Part shown: positions 38,311 through 52,509 of the stretch, piece after piece
Layout: every line of letters starts with the position of its first letter
Numbering within the stretch: the stretch's first letter is position 1
Assembly (NCBI GenBank): GCA_951406725.2
Contig: OX597823.1
Span: 14,632,001-14,696,000 of the forward strand
DNA length: 64,000 nt
Reading direction: 5' to 3'
From: Octopus vulgaris
Taxonomy: Eukaryota
The notes under the pieces: generated by a model
What the model saw: only the letters and a program-made list of their open reading frames with translations
Database searches by the model: none
What the model was told of the DNA's origin: nothing
Program-made: the position numbers and the translations under genes

Positions 38311-38794
38311 AATGATAATAGCATTAAGTTAATCAATCCTCTTGCTCCTTCTACTTCACCTTCTCCACCTCGTCACCTTCACCTTCTCCACCTTATCACT
38401 TTCTCCGTCTGCCCGTCATCATCAACGCCATTTTACACCCATTTCGTACACACTCCAAGATAGTCAGACACTCGCACACGTACGAACGAACACACATACA
38501 CACATACAAATACAAGCTTACTTGCACAAGCACTAACACACACAATATCATACACACACACACACATACACATACATACATACACACACACACCTACAGA
38601 AGAACTGGAAGTAGTAACCGAGTGAATCATCAGATTCAATCGAGTAATTGAACCTAATACCCTCAATAATCTCTTAGTCTATAAATATTTTCAGTTCCTT
38701 CTGCTTTTGAGATAATCGTAGTGAGCAGACTATGCGTACATACACAAACACACATACACACATACACACATTCATGCACATATGTATATATATG

Positions 38795-38848
<54 letters not shown>

Positions 38849-38866
38849 TGTATGTGTTTGTATGCA

Positions 38867-38902
<36 letters not shown>

Positions 38903-38914
38903 AAATCGCACGAT

Positions 38915-39110
38915 ATAGATGTATTTGTCTACAAAGAAACTGGTCGCTCTCCTATACACAATACCAGACGAACAAATTGCTCGACATGAGGCACAGTTGA
39001 GGGCAGCAGAGTCGAATCTCCTCATACACCAGATGGGCGATCGACAATTTTGATGGGATCGCATCAGCCGGAGGAGAGGAACCACGGAGGGGAACTAAAA
39101 TAATGAGTGA
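38915..39110 (+). pseudogene. Possible decayed RTE-like LINE 3' end
   Basis: Coding-like segment [10 protein letters not shown]...[15 protein letters not shown] resembling RTE ORF termini; weak. Confidence 0.3.
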
Positions 39111-39178
39111 TAAACATCATGGCGATGCTGCAGCATGACGACAGCCACCTTGATGAAACACATAAAAGAATATATATG

Positions 39179-39662
<484 letters not shown>

Positions 39663-39692
39663 CACATATATATACACATATACACATATACA

Positions 39693-39738
<46 letters not shown>

Positions 39739-39834
39739 AAAGAAGGTTTGAAAATGCAATTCTAAAGATGTTTATTCACTTGACCGGTTTACACTTTTTT
39801 AGAAAAAGGTAGTCAAAAGTAAAATGTAAAGCTT

Positions 39835-39891
<57 letters not shown>

Positions 39892-40075
39892 CAAATAAGA
39901 AAATGGAGAAACAAGTTTAGTTTGGTCATCAACTTTCGGATATTAGAATGTTAGATTATTTATTCATTTAACAAAATGAGAACCTTAATAGCATACATAT
40001 ATATCTTATAATTCATATAAGATAAGAATACAAATTATAAAAATTATAATATAAATTGTTGAAATCATTAAAATC

Positions 40076-40212
40076 AACTCTTACAGCTGTTTCAGCCTAT
40101 GGTTAAAAGTAGTTATTTTTATTTTTATTGCCTATAGCTGTCAATATATTGAGGTTGTTGGCATTTAAAAATAGGGCACTTATATATATAACCATAGGCC
40201 TCATCAGAGGTT
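40076..40212 (-). ncRNA. Type I hammerhead ribozyme, canonical core, 12-bp helix II with ~83-nt loop
   Basis: Minus: AACCT-CTGATGA-GGCCTATGGTTA...TAACCATAGGCT-GAAA-CAGCTG-TA-AGAGTT; ACAGCTGT palindrome; predicted cleavage between 40082 and 40081; host element 39890-40306 lies between (TA)n tracts. Confidence 0.8.
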
Positions 40213-40506
40213 ATAAGGAACTTTAAAAATATTAATATTAATACATGAAACATGATACACGTATTATTTAATATATATAAATAAATATGAACAAATATCC
40301 ATATACGTATATATATATATATATATATATATATAAGCAATAATAAATCTCTAGGGCTATAAACTACAGTTGCATCGTCCCATATGGGTCAGCCACATTT
40401 AGGTGGCAAATATACTTCACGATATATATGTGTGTGCGTGTGTGCGTGTATACATATATGTATATATATATTTATATATACATATGTATATATATAATAT
40501 ATATAC

Positions 40507-40554
<48 letters not shown>

Positions 40555-40722
40555 GTAATATATATATATATATATACATATATACCTGGTGATTCGGAAG
40601 CCTACTATGAATCCCTAGCTCCACCCTCAGTTGTGAGCGTGGAACCCTATGGATGACCTACTGTAGCACTTATGCAACGTACATATTGGTTTAGATCATT
40701 AGTGAACTAAGCCCCTTATATT

Positions 40723-40792
<70 letters not shown>

Positions 40793-40878
40793 GAAATTTA
40801 TTTTAAAACAAAAGACGAAGACAGCTGTATGAAAGACAAGTAAGTACATTAGTTTGACGCTCGGGAAAAGGAGAAAGT

Positions 40879-40914
40879 CTTTTACGTTTCGAGCCTATGC
40901 TCTTCAACAGAAAG
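40879..40914 (-). ncRNA. Minimal hammerhead-like motif, A6U core variant
   Basis: Minus: CTTT-CTGTTGA-A-GAGC-ATAG-GCTC-GAAA-CG-TA-AAAG; same family as 34931-34966. Confidence 0.55.
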
Positions 40915-41252
40915 GAACAAGAGAAAATAAACAGAGAGAACGAAAAAAAATTGTAGATATCAGCGGTCCAGCATGGCAAATGATTTGTATATATATATAT
41001 ATATATATATCCACATTCTTCTTCTTTTTCTTCTTCTTCTCGTCCTCCTTCTTCTCCTCCCCCTCCTTCTTCTTTTTCTTTTTCTTGTTCTTCCCTACCA
41101 AGAATTCACAAAGACTTCGAACCCACAAGAGAAAACAAGAGAGACAGAGACAGGCAGAAACAAGGAAAATGTCACTTGTATTTGAACACTATACAAATAT
41201 TCTTTAAAAAAAAACTTTTGTTTTAATTTTTGTATCTTTAAATGTTCAATTG

Positions 41253-41294
41253 TTACAGTTGAAAAAGTGTCAATGACTGAAACCGGTTCTGAAA
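41253..41294 (+). ncRNA. Minimal hammerhead-like motif, U3-A8 core variant
   Basis: TTACAG-TTGAAAA-AGT-GTCAATG-ACT-GAAA-CCGG-TT-CTGAAA; ACCGGT palindrome; element ends at (TA)n 41344. Confidence 0.55.
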
Positions 41295-41341
41295 TGTTTT
41301 TTATTAAAATAATTTTATCATTTTCTATCTTGACTTTTTTC

Positions 41342-41392
<51 letters not shown>

Positions 41393-41424
41393 TATACACA
41401 CGCACACACATGTATATAAATGTG

Positions 41425-41455
<31 letters not shown>

Positions 41456-41595
41456 ACACATACGTCTTCTAGGAATACTCAGTCCAGGTGTATATCATCA
41501 GTTGATATTTTCATTTTCATTCACGCGGGTAATTGTCGGATGGTCTGAAGGCTTCCGACAAATATGAAAATGTTTACCCACTACGCTCAATGATA

Positions 41596-41630
<35 letters not shown>

Positions 41631-41640
41631 TCTCTCTGTC

Positions 41641-41697
<57 letters not shown>

Positions 41698-41704
41698 TAT
41701 ATAC

Positions 41705-41955
41705 ATACAGGACCAAAACCTTCATCGGGCTATAGGCTGAAAAGGCTGGTTTCTTCGGATGTTGTTGCGTATATATTCCTGCTGGGCAGGACGTCAGTCA
41801 TCGGAGGGTCACACAACTTTGCCGGATGAGTGGACAAGAGCAACGTGAATGAAGTGTTTTGCTCAAGAACACAACGCATGGCTCAGTCCAGGAATCGAAA
41901 CAACAATCTTGCGGTCATGAGTGCAACACTCTAACGACTAAACCACTCGCTTCCA
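41705..41955 (-). mobile_element. Degenerate tRNA SINE (8808-9040 type)
   Basis: GAGCAACGTGAA, TGCTCAAGAACACAACG and CCAGGAATCGAAAC motifs. Confidence 0.65.
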
Positions 41956-42063
41956 CTGTGTATGTATGTGTTATATATATATAAATATATAGTGAGAGAG
42001 AGATACATAGTACCATAGGTATATATATACACATAGATATATATATATATAGCTGTTAGGTAT

Positions 42064-42096
<33 letters not shown>

Positions 42097-42108
42097 AATA
42101 AATAAATA

Positions 42109-42160
<52 letters not shown>

Positions 42161-42291
42161 TGTATGTATGTATGTATGTATGTATGTAGTCATGTATACA
42201 CGTATGCATCAACATGTATATATATATGAATCATGTATATTTGTATGCATGTATGTATGTAAGTATAAATAGGTATGTATATGTGTGTATG

Positions 42292-42324
<33 letters not shown>

Positions 42325-42345
42325 GTATGTATATCTATACGTATG

Positions 42346-42449
<104 letters not shown>

Positions 42450-42909
42450 CACATACACACATATATTTCTACATAGAACTTTACATGTTTGCGTATGTCT
42501 GTGTGTGTGTGAGTGTGTGTGTGCGTGTGTGTGTGTGCGTGTGTGTGTGTGCGTGTGTGTGTATACGTCCATACATAAAACATCCATCCACAAACACACC
42601 CGCACGCATCATTGTGAACTAATATAAGATGGTGGCTGACGTGACGTCATCTCGAGGAGAGCAAGAATTGCAAGTTAGCAACAGCTAAGGTGCAGTATCA
42701 GCTGCCAACAGCTGCTGCTATCCAGTGAAAACAAGTGCACCGATGTTATACTCCGTTGCAGTCACTTGTCAAACTGCATGACGTGAATGCCGGAGCCGCA
42801 AATAAATCTATCGTTATGTTGCTACCTGGCTTAATTGTATCGATTCCAACACACACGCGCGCGCGCGCGCGCGCACCCACCCACACCCACCCACACACAA
42901 TCGCATACA

Positions 42910-43257
42910 TTCTTTTACTTGTTTCAGTCGTTTGAGCGTGGCCATGCTGGAGCACCGCCTTTAGTCGAACAGATCGACAATCTTCCCCCTTCCACACACA
43001 CACACACCACCAGGACTTATTCTTTGTAAGCCTAGTACTCGTTCTTTTGCCGAGCCGCTAAGTTATGGGGACATAAACACACCAGCATCGGTTGTCAAGC
43101 GATGGTGGGGGACAAACACATTCACACACATACAAATGTATACTTATATATATATATATCGGTGCACTTGTATGTATGTATGTATGTATGTATGTATGTA
43201 TGTATGTATGTATGTATGTATGTATGTATATGTATATGTATGTATGTATTATGTATG

Positions 43258-43291
<34 letters not shown>

Positions 43292-43483
43292 TGTATGTAT
43301 ACGACGACGAGCATCGTTCAGTTTCCGACTACCGAATCCACTTACGAGGCTTTAGTGGACCCGATGCTATGGTAGAAGGCACTTGCCCCAGGTTCCACGG
43401 AGTGGGACTGAACCCAGAACCATGTGATTCCAGAACCATGTGATTGGGAAGCGAGCTTCTTACCGCACAGCTACGCCTGCGCC
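42910..43483 (-). mobile_element. SINE family A with expanded internal (TATG)n
   Basis: Both halves present around the microsatellite; 16-bp tandem duplication CCAGAACCATGTGATT in the head. Confidence 0.85.
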
Positions 43484-43686
43484 TAGACAGTCACACAGGC
43501 ATTCGCATACTTTGGCATACGTGTATACCATTGTATTTATGAGCGTGCGTATGTGTATAGGGGTAGTTATAAAGAGAGACAGACAGACAGACAGAGACAG
43601 ACAGACAGACAGAGACAGACAGACAGAGATAGACAGAAGGATAAGAAAGACAGAAAGGTATGAATGTGTATGTAAATGCACATACA

Positions 43687-43724
<38 letters not shown>

Positions 43725-43821
43725 AATTACTTGTGCGCGTGTGTTTGTGTACAGGTATGCATGAATATACATATGTACATACACATACATACATAAATAT
43801 ATATGTATATGTCTACTTATG

Positions 43822-43911
<90 letters not shown>

Positions 43912-44873
43912 TGTGTGTCAGTGTATGACTAAAGTACTCACTCCAACTCTCTCCCCTCTCTCCCTCTCTCTCCCTCTCTCTCTACTTTTCTGTCTCTCTC
44001 CCTCTCGCGCTCTCTCTCTCTCTCTCTCTCTCACAGACACACAAACACATACACACACACACACACACAAATACGCGGGCGCAAATACTCATGTATCTCT
44101 ACAAAAGCTCATATACAGACATCCTCTACACATCACCCCACCCGAATCTATATATATATGTGCGTGTGTGCGTGCATACGTGTTTGCGTGCGTGCGTGCG
44201 TGCGTACGTGCTTGCATGCTTCTGTGTGCGTGCGTGCGTGTATGTGTGTGTGCGTGTGTGTGTGTGTGCGTACATTTAGGTGCGTGTACACGATGCTTCG
44301 TGGAACAGCTACGTTAGCAATCTAAAGCAGGTGTGTATGCTTTCATAAACGCTTTTGTTTTATTTCTGGATAATGTTCCATTGTATGCGAAATGTAACGT
44401 TATACTATGTGTGTTCGAAATAGCAATTGTGAATATCCCATGATATAATACATTCGTTTTCAGCTCTGCATCTCAGATGAAGTCGTTTGGCAGGCAAGTG
44501 CAATTCCAAAATACATCATGCACACAGTCACACACACATACGCACACACATTCATACACAAACACACATACTCACCAATGTGTGTATATGTATGATTTTT
44601 GTGTGTGTGCGCGAGTGTGTATGTTTTGTGCGAGTGAGAGTGTGTTTGCCTCTGTGTGTGTGTGTGTGTGTTTGCCTCGATGTGTGTATGTGTGCGTGTG
44701 TGTGTGTTTGTGTATGCGTGTTTGTGTACGTGTGTGCGTTTGTGTTTGTGTGTGTGTGTTTTGCCTCTATGTGTATGTGTGTGTGCGTGCGTGTTAATGG
44801 ACTATGTGTATGTGTGTGCGTGTTAACTGCCATGTTAATGAACTTTAATGGACAAGACTTACACACACATCTA

Positions 44874-44929
<56 letters not shown>

Positions 44930-45022
44930 TTCATACATATATCTACATAACACCTTCATGCGTACATATACATGTATGCATACGTATATATACATCTGTA
45001 CACATACCTATATACGCATATG

Positions 45023-45059
<37 letters not shown>

Positions 45060-45299
45060 ACACACAAATATATATAATATTAAGAGAAAGGTCGGATGGA
45101 CCTTGAGCTGGTTCAACGACTATCGAGCAATAGCACGGACACACAGAAATTCCGGGATGGTGTCCGGCATCCTGGGAGACCACTGAGAGTGAGGCATCCC
45201 TTAGCTCTTATTGAAGTATGTCTCTAGGAGAAGGCTACTCTGATATAAAACCAGATATGCAGGGAATGGCATTGGACCTTTTTGGGGCTCTTGGACATT

Positions 45300-45600
45300 G
45301 AGGACTCGACACCTTGTTAGGATCAATGATTGCAAGATCTCTAAACAAATGCTGTATGGGGACTTGTTAGTGGAAAGCGACCCCGGCTGAAGTCAAGACT
45401 GCGATTTAAGAACTGTGTAAAATCCTCATTAAAAGCCTGTAAAATGCGAGAAGCTGACTGGGAGAGCAATGCTTGTCATCGCCAGGATAGAGGAAACAGG
45501 TAAAGGAGGGAGTCGATACTTTGAATCTAATCGCAGCCCACGTTACGGTAATAGCAATCAACTTCTGCCATTCGAATTCTAGATGGCTGAAGACTAGCAT
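45300..45600 (+). pseudogene. RTE-clade LINE, ORF 3' fragment
   Basis: HLVRINDCKISKQMLYGDL..KRPR..RLRFKNCVKSSLKAC...WESNACHR matches the RTE C-terminal GHxxRM..PKQLLYGEL..GKRP..RYKD pattern. Confidence 0.75.
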
Positions 45601-45734
45601 CACACTTGAAACTCAAGCGTAGCAACGAATTTGAATCAGTGTTTTGATCCACACACACATATATATAAGTCGCAGTGGAACTCATTCAGTGACCAACCAA
45701 CAGAGAATGTAACGAAAATTCTGACACCAAATAA

Positions 45735-46137
45735 TCTTTTCTATTCTAGGCACAAGGCTCGAAATTTTTGAGGAGGGGGGGGGGGCAGTCGATTAGATCG
45801 ACCCCAGTACGCAACTAGTACTTAAATTATCGACCACGAAAGGATAAAAGACAAAGTCAACCTCAACGGAATTTGAACTCAGAACGTTAAGACAGATGAA
45901 ATACCTATTTCTTTACTACCCACAAGGAGATAAACACAGAGGAGACAAACAAGGACAGACAGACGAATTAAGTCGATTATATCGACCCCAGTGCGTAACT
46001 GGTACTTAATTTATCGACCCCGAAAGGATGAAGGGGAAAGTCGACTTCGGTGGAATTTGAACTCAGAACGTAGCGGCAGACGAAATACCGCTAAGTACTT
46101 CGCCTGGCATGCTAACGTTTCTGCCAGCACGCCGCCT
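45735..46137 (-). mobile_element. SINE family B, dimer with alternative tail
   Basis: Two bodies at about 184-bp period; TCTTTTCTATTCTAGGCACAAGG tail. Confidence 0.88.
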
Positions 46138-46185
46138 TAGGTTTTGTATGTTTTTGATTGGCTAATGTCTTTCATACTATAATTG

Positions 46186-46233
<48 letters not shown>

Positions 46234-46270
46234 TGCATTGGACTTCACAAAATATAAATGCATAATATGC

Positions 46271-46303
<33 letters not shown>

Positions 46304-46624
46304 TGTATGTATGTATGTATGTATGTATGTATGTATGTATGTATGTATGTATGTATGTATGTATGTATGCATGTATAGGTTATTTTGGGAAGTAGGTAGA
46401 TATATACATATATTCATTCAAACGTACATACATTCATCCATCCATACATGCATACATATAGATGAAAAAGAAGGAAATAGTAGTAGTAGTAGTAGTAGGT
46501 TTGCAACTGAAAAAATTCTGTAAGATTAACGATGACGATGACAGTTTGATTACGGAATTAACAGTACGATTGTGTTGATGACAGATTTGATGATTATTGA
46601 TGAGATGAGGCCGTGGGTGATGTG

Positions 46625-46682
<58 letters not shown>

Positions 46683-47347
46683 ATAGTGAAGATAATTATC
46701 CGGTGATGTTGACGATAAGCCGAAGGTGTTGCGACAATGTGGTGGTGTCGGCTGTGCAGGCACCGAAGGTAAGGATAGCAATCTGTGATGAGACAATAAA
46801 ATGCGATAAAAGCATTTGAAGAAATCTTGTGTTTTTTTTTTTTGTTGTTGTTGTTTAATCTTCGGTAAGCTAATATCGCTCTTTTCTTTGAACGAATATA
46901 TTTTATACATCATAAAGTTTTTAATAGAATTATCTCGGTTTAAATTATGTAATGTGTCTTTTCTTTATTCAAAACAATATGGTGTGATTTGAAGGAGAAT
47001 TGGCTGCTACTGTATGAATTGATCGCTCACATAGAGGCTTCTTTGATGAAAGTTTGGTTACGTTAGGTTTGACATATTTAATTCATTTGCAATTGAATAC
47101 CTAACTGGAAATATTTATGAGATGAGGAAAAGTCAAATTAACTTAATAACGACAACAATGCCAATGTATTGATTGCGTTACTAATGTGCTTATTTAGTAC
47201 TTTACACAGAGAGAGAGAGAGAGAAAGGTGACAGACCGACAGACAGACAGAGAAAGAGAGACAGGCAGACAGATGTGAAATCTTTGCCAGTTACTAGTAT
47301 ATTTGTTCCATACCTTATTGAATAAGAGATATAAAGATAGATAGATT

Positions 47348-47413
<66 letters not shown>

Positions 47414-48099
47414 GAGAGAGAAAGAGAGAGAAAGACAGAGACAGAGACAGACAGACAAAGAGACAGATGGAATATTGTTCTGTGCTTCTAGTATTAGATA
47501 TTAATGGTGCTTGTTGCTGTATTCCACTGAGCGATTAAATATTTACTAGTGTTACTCTATGGGGAAAAAGAGACAGAGAGAGGGAGAGAAAGAGGCAGAG
47601 AAAGAAAGCGAGAAAAACAAGCTGACAGACAGAAAAAGAAAAAGAAAAGAGAGAGAGAGAGATGAAATATATACCAGTGTTACTGTTATGCTTGTTCAGT
47701 ACTCTATAAAGAGTTATTACTTATTGCTTAAAATATTTATTCAATGCTGTAATAGCAAAATATATTATTTTTGTCTGAAGAGCAGCAACTCTGTCTGAAA
47801 CGTTGGGTTTTTCTCCACCTCTTTAATGGTAAAATAATTGATTCCATTTTTGTATAGTTTTGCTATTGACTACTTGCCGACGTTCGACCATCGTTACTTT
47901 CCTGGGATTCTACTGTTTTTTACATTGATGATCAGAAATAGTTGTAGGTAAGGGGTAAAGATGACGGTGAGGGGTGGGAAATTGCTTGTGAGATTCTGAG
48001 GCGAAATAGTACTGTATTACAAAGACTTCCATGTTGGAGGACTGAATACTGGAACTTACTTGGCAGCATTGACCTGTTTGGAGGACAGGAGATGTGGTG

Positions 48100-48680
48100 A
48101 GGATGATGATGATGATGATGGTGGTTGTGGTGGGGCGATGGTTGCGGGGTTATGTTGGTGGTGATGGTGGTGATGGTGGTGGTGATGGTAGTGAGTGAGG
48201 ATGAGGTTGACAATGAAGCTTCAAAATGATAGGGAGGAGGAGGAAGAGTAGGAGGAGGAGAGAAGGAAGAGGAGGAAGAGAGAAGGAAGAGAGGAGGAAG
48301 AGAGAAGGAAGAGAGGAGGAAGAGAGGAGGAGGGGAGGAGGAGGAGAAGGAGAAAGAGGAAGTGAAGGAGGAGGAGGAAGTGAAGAAGAAGAAGAAGAAG
48401 AAGGAGGAGGAGGAGGAGGAGGAGGAAGAGGAGGAGCACAACGACAATGACTATGACAATGATGATGACAATGGTGATGATGATGATGACGACGACGACG
48501 ACGATGATGATGAGGATGAGGATGATGACAATGATAACGATGAGGAGGAGGAGAGAGGATGATGGCGGCGGTCATGACCACGTCCACATTAATGATGACG
48601 ATGATGATCTTTTTTCCCGTTCATTTTTATGTCCTTTACGACTTTGTTTTTTTGCTTATGTTGTTGTTGTTGTTGTTGTT
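48100..48680. repeat. (GGT)/(GGA)/(GAT) low-complexity region
   Basis: Directly visible. Confidence 0.9.
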
Positions 48681-49034
48681 GTTCTCTTCTTGTCATGTCT
48701 GTTCACTCCTCCGGATTAATTATTTTCTACGGTAAAGTTAATTTTACTGCAGACATATCGGGATTTAACGATTATTTGCTAAATTAATGATCTCCACTTG
48801 TCGTTTGATTTCCTTTGTAATTTCAGAGGAAATTACCATATTTTTAAAGCTGTCTCCCGTCTGCAATAGATAATGTAAGTAATTTTATAATGAAACAATT
48901 GTTAGGCCAATTCCAATTATTTGTCTTCCAGAGAAAAAAAATGTAAATACCCTTATTAAGTCTGACTTCTAAAAATGGACTTTCTAAAGAAATCATATTT
49001 GAATTTTACCGACAGCTCTCTAAGATCAGATCAA

Positions 49035-49266
49035 ATAGTGGTGGTGGTGGTTGTGGTGGTGGTGGTAGTGGTGGTGGTGGCAGTGGTGGTGGTGGTGGTG
49101 GTGGTGGTGGTGGTGGTGGTGGTGGTGGTGGTGGTGGTTGTGGTGGTGGTGGTTGTGGTGGTGGTGGTGGTAGTGTTTGTGTTGGTGGTTGTGGTGGTGG
49201 CTGTGCTTGTGGTGGTGGTGGTTGCGGTGGTGGTTGTGGTTGTGGTGGTGGTGGTGGTAGTGGTGG

Positions 49267-49299
<33 letters not shown>

Positions 49300-49372
49300 G
49301 GTGGTGGTGGTGGTGGTGGTGGTGGTGGTGGTGGTGGTGGTGGTGGTGGTAGTGGTGCTGCTGCTGCTGCTG
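49035..49372. repeat. (GGT)n/(GTT)n microsatellite
   Basis: Directly visible. Confidence 0.95.
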
Positions 49373-49609
49373 GGGATAATGAATGAACATGGTGATGATG
49401 ATGATCATGATAAGGAAAAGGGGGAAGTAAAGGAGGTTATGAGGAGAATAATAAAGGGCGGTAATAATAGTGGTAAGCATGATGACGAAGAAGCTGCTGC
49501 AGATGATGATGATTACAACGATGACAATGCCATGATTATAATAATAACGGTAGCAATGGCGATGAGCAGGGATAAGGCTAAACTAGGCATGAATAGGATG
49601 TAAATGCTA

Positions 49610-50580
49610 TAGATATTTTGTATATGGACGACTTTATGCTTACTGCAGTTGGGAGACAACTAGAAACACTGCTACAAATAGTATACGGATTTATTAGATG
49701 GATTGATATGAGTTTTGGACCATAAGAATTATTGAAATTTATTTAAAAAAGTACAGAACTTTAAAGAGAGAAAACTCTATCAATAACTCTAATATCATGT
49801 TTAGTAAAGAAAAATATAAAATTATGAGAGAATTAGAGCAGACCAAATAGAGATTTACACATATTTATGGATCAGTGAACCAGAAAGTATACAACACAGA
49901 GAGATTAAAGAAAAGGTTAGAAAGGAATATAGACCATAATAGATGCATTGTGTTAATACATTAAAGAGGGTTAAATGCAAAATATAAGATAATATACATC
50001 AATATGCAGGTTGAATCATTAATAATTTGTAATTGTAATATTCTTAGCTGGAAGTTAGTAAGACTAGCCATTAGTAAGACTAGGCGGGGAAATTAAGAAA
50101 ATCAAAAACTGCATTTAGATGCAGCATCTTGGATTTACTACAGGAAAATTTTTATCTGTTCCCAATACAAGGAAGTAGAACCATATGCAATTGAAAAATT
50201 ATTTTGAAATATTCACTGAAGAACTAAAAAGTTATCACGTGAATGATAATAGAAAATTAATAAAATTAGCTACAAAGCATGAACGAAAAATAATTTTCTG
50301 TCTCCAAAGAAGTCAAAATAGTGACTGATGTGGCTGACCAATCAGATACTGTTATCAACGATGACTACCAAAGGAAGAGTTTCTTCATTGAAGTATCAGT
50401 CCTGACAGATGGCAATGTATCTCGCAAAGAAATACAAAAATTATCCAATTATAAAGGCCTGAGAATAAACCTAAGCTACTTTTGAGACTGAAAGCAAACC
50501 TCATAATAATATGTGCCTTGAGAATGATTAAAACACCGTTTATACAAATTCATAACAGGAATCCTAGGAATTAGATCGAT
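49610..50580 (+). pseudogene. Heavily degraded R4/Dong-like LINE (RT remnant and restriction-like endonuclease remnant)
   Basis: LYMDDF at about 49618; DTVINDDYQRKSFFIEVSVLTDGNVSRKEIQKLSNYKGL at about 50345-50465 fits the RLE PDxxxxD...IDV...KExEKxxKY pattern. Confidence 0.6.
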
Positions 50581-50605
50581 GTAGGATGACTTGTATATTT
50601 TTCTT

Positions 50606-50979
50606 AATACGTTCTGGCAACGTCAAAACGCAAATATGCTAATCAATATTGTACACGTCACATGAGAACAACTTCTTTTTACGATAACCCTGTGTTCATA
50701 ACATATTCAATTCATTTGTGCTATAGATACTGGGATACTGGTGTTTCGACAATTGTGTCTGGTGAATGCTATTTGCCAACTGATAATAAAGTGTCATTTG
50801 CACTGTGGACAGCTGGATCTGGAACGATGATTTGTGTATGTATTTTTAATACGCTCCGGCAGATCCCAATGCTATGAACCGAGTATATTATGAATGCGTC
50901 GCCGTAAAACGAAATTGTCCTCATGTGACGTACACAGCAGCGATTAGCATATTTGCGTCTGAATCTGCCGGAACGTATT
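50606..50979. mobile_element. Long-TIR fold-back MITE (possibly piggyBac-like)
   Basis: AATACGTTCTGGCA..ACGCAAATATGCTAATC..ACGTCACATGAG mirrored by CTCATGTGACGT..GATTAGCATATTTGCGT..TGCCGGAACGTATT; TTAA on left side only. Confidence 0.7.
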
Positions 50980-51526
50980 TCGTCGCGAAAATATCTTGAG
51001 CAAAGATAAATATAGAACGTTCATAAAATTTTCAATTTGCATTTCTCATAAACTGCAAAAAGTTAAAACATGTCCAATTCACTAGTCTCTATTTTACTAA
51101 ATAACTTAAGCAAACAGTGGAATAGACAGGAGCGAGTATGATGTAAATAAACAACATGTGATCAAATTTATGCCAACATTAACACGATATTTGTGACTCT
51201 AAATAGGAGAACAATACAATTGAAAATCTTCTAAACAAAGCTATTTTAGTTTATAATATTTTTTGAGAATCACTCGCTGTCTTTCTTTGAAGCACGTAAT
51301 GTATTTTAAAGAAACAAAAACGAATGATACTGAAATTTAGAGAAGATATTTTTGAAAATCTTTTTTATTGACGTATCAGTTTCGTAGCAACCATCTACGT
51401 CTCTATTGTTAAAGTAATGTCACATCTTTCTCTCAGTTTGTCTTCTTTTGCGCTTATTTATCTCTTTTTCTTTGGTTGTTTGCGGTTTTGTTTCATGCAA
51501 AATGATTTATTCATTTTATTATTAAA

Positions 51527-51817
51527 TTCTTTTACGTGTTTCAGTCATTGGACTGCGGCCATGCTGGAGCACCGCTTTGAAGAGTTTTGTAGATCAAATT
51601 AACCTCAGTGCTTGTTTATTTATTTATTTATTTATTTATTTTTTATTTTTTTATTTAGTCAGGGACTTATTCTGTACATCTGTTTTGCTGAAGCGCTAAG
51701 TTTCGAAGTTTTAAACAAACCAACACCGTTTGTCAAGCAGTAGGGAAACAAACACAAAAACACGCACACATATACATATATATATACATGTGTATATAAA
51801 GACAGACAGACAGTCAA

Positions 51818-51899
<82 letters not shown>

Positions 51900-51995
51900 G
51901 GACAAGTGACGGGCTTCCACTCAGTTTCCGTCTACCAAATTCACTCACAAAGCATTAGGCAAGTTTAGGGCTATATTAGAAGGCACTTACCTAAG
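51527..51995 (-). mobile_element. SINE family A with internal (GATA)n
   Basis: Colinear with family A. Confidence 0.8.
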
Positions 51996-52273
51996 GAGCT
52001 CCTTACTCAATTTTCATCAGTTTTCTTCGAGTCTTATGTGAGTTTCTACCATACACCCAGCTACACGAAGGTATAACAGAAACTCGAATTGAATTTTTGA
52101 GAGATGGAATTATATATGCATAATATAATGATTTTTTCTTTTTTTTTTTCCGGTGTTATTTCAGTCGTGGTCGAATAGTTCTATAGTATGTAGGTAGTGG
52201 GCTGAACAGTAAGGCACAACCCACAGTTTCATACTCCAAGTTATAGTGTGTTTTCGTTTAACTGCCGACCATA

Positions 52274-52509
52274 TATTTCTTTACTACCCACAAGGGGCTA
52301 AACACAGAGGGGACAAACAAGGACAGACAAACGGATTAAGTCGATTACATCGATCCCAGTGCGTAACTGGTACTTAATTTATCGACCCCGAAAGGATGAA
52401 AGGCAAAGTCGACCTCGACGGAATTTGAACTCAGAACGTAACGGCAGACGAAATACGGCTACGTATTTCGCCCGGCGTGCTAACGTTTCTGCCAGCTCGC
52501 CGCCTTTCA
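52274..52509 (-). mobile_element. SINE family B, full-length monomer
   Basis: 14-bp TSD AACTGCCGACCATA at 52260-52273 and 52510-52523. Confidence 0.92.

Noticed and set aside
47772-47808. CTGAAGA-GCAG..CTGT-CT-GAAACGTT
   Set aside because: Helix II is out of register and there is no helix I; at most a decayed remnant
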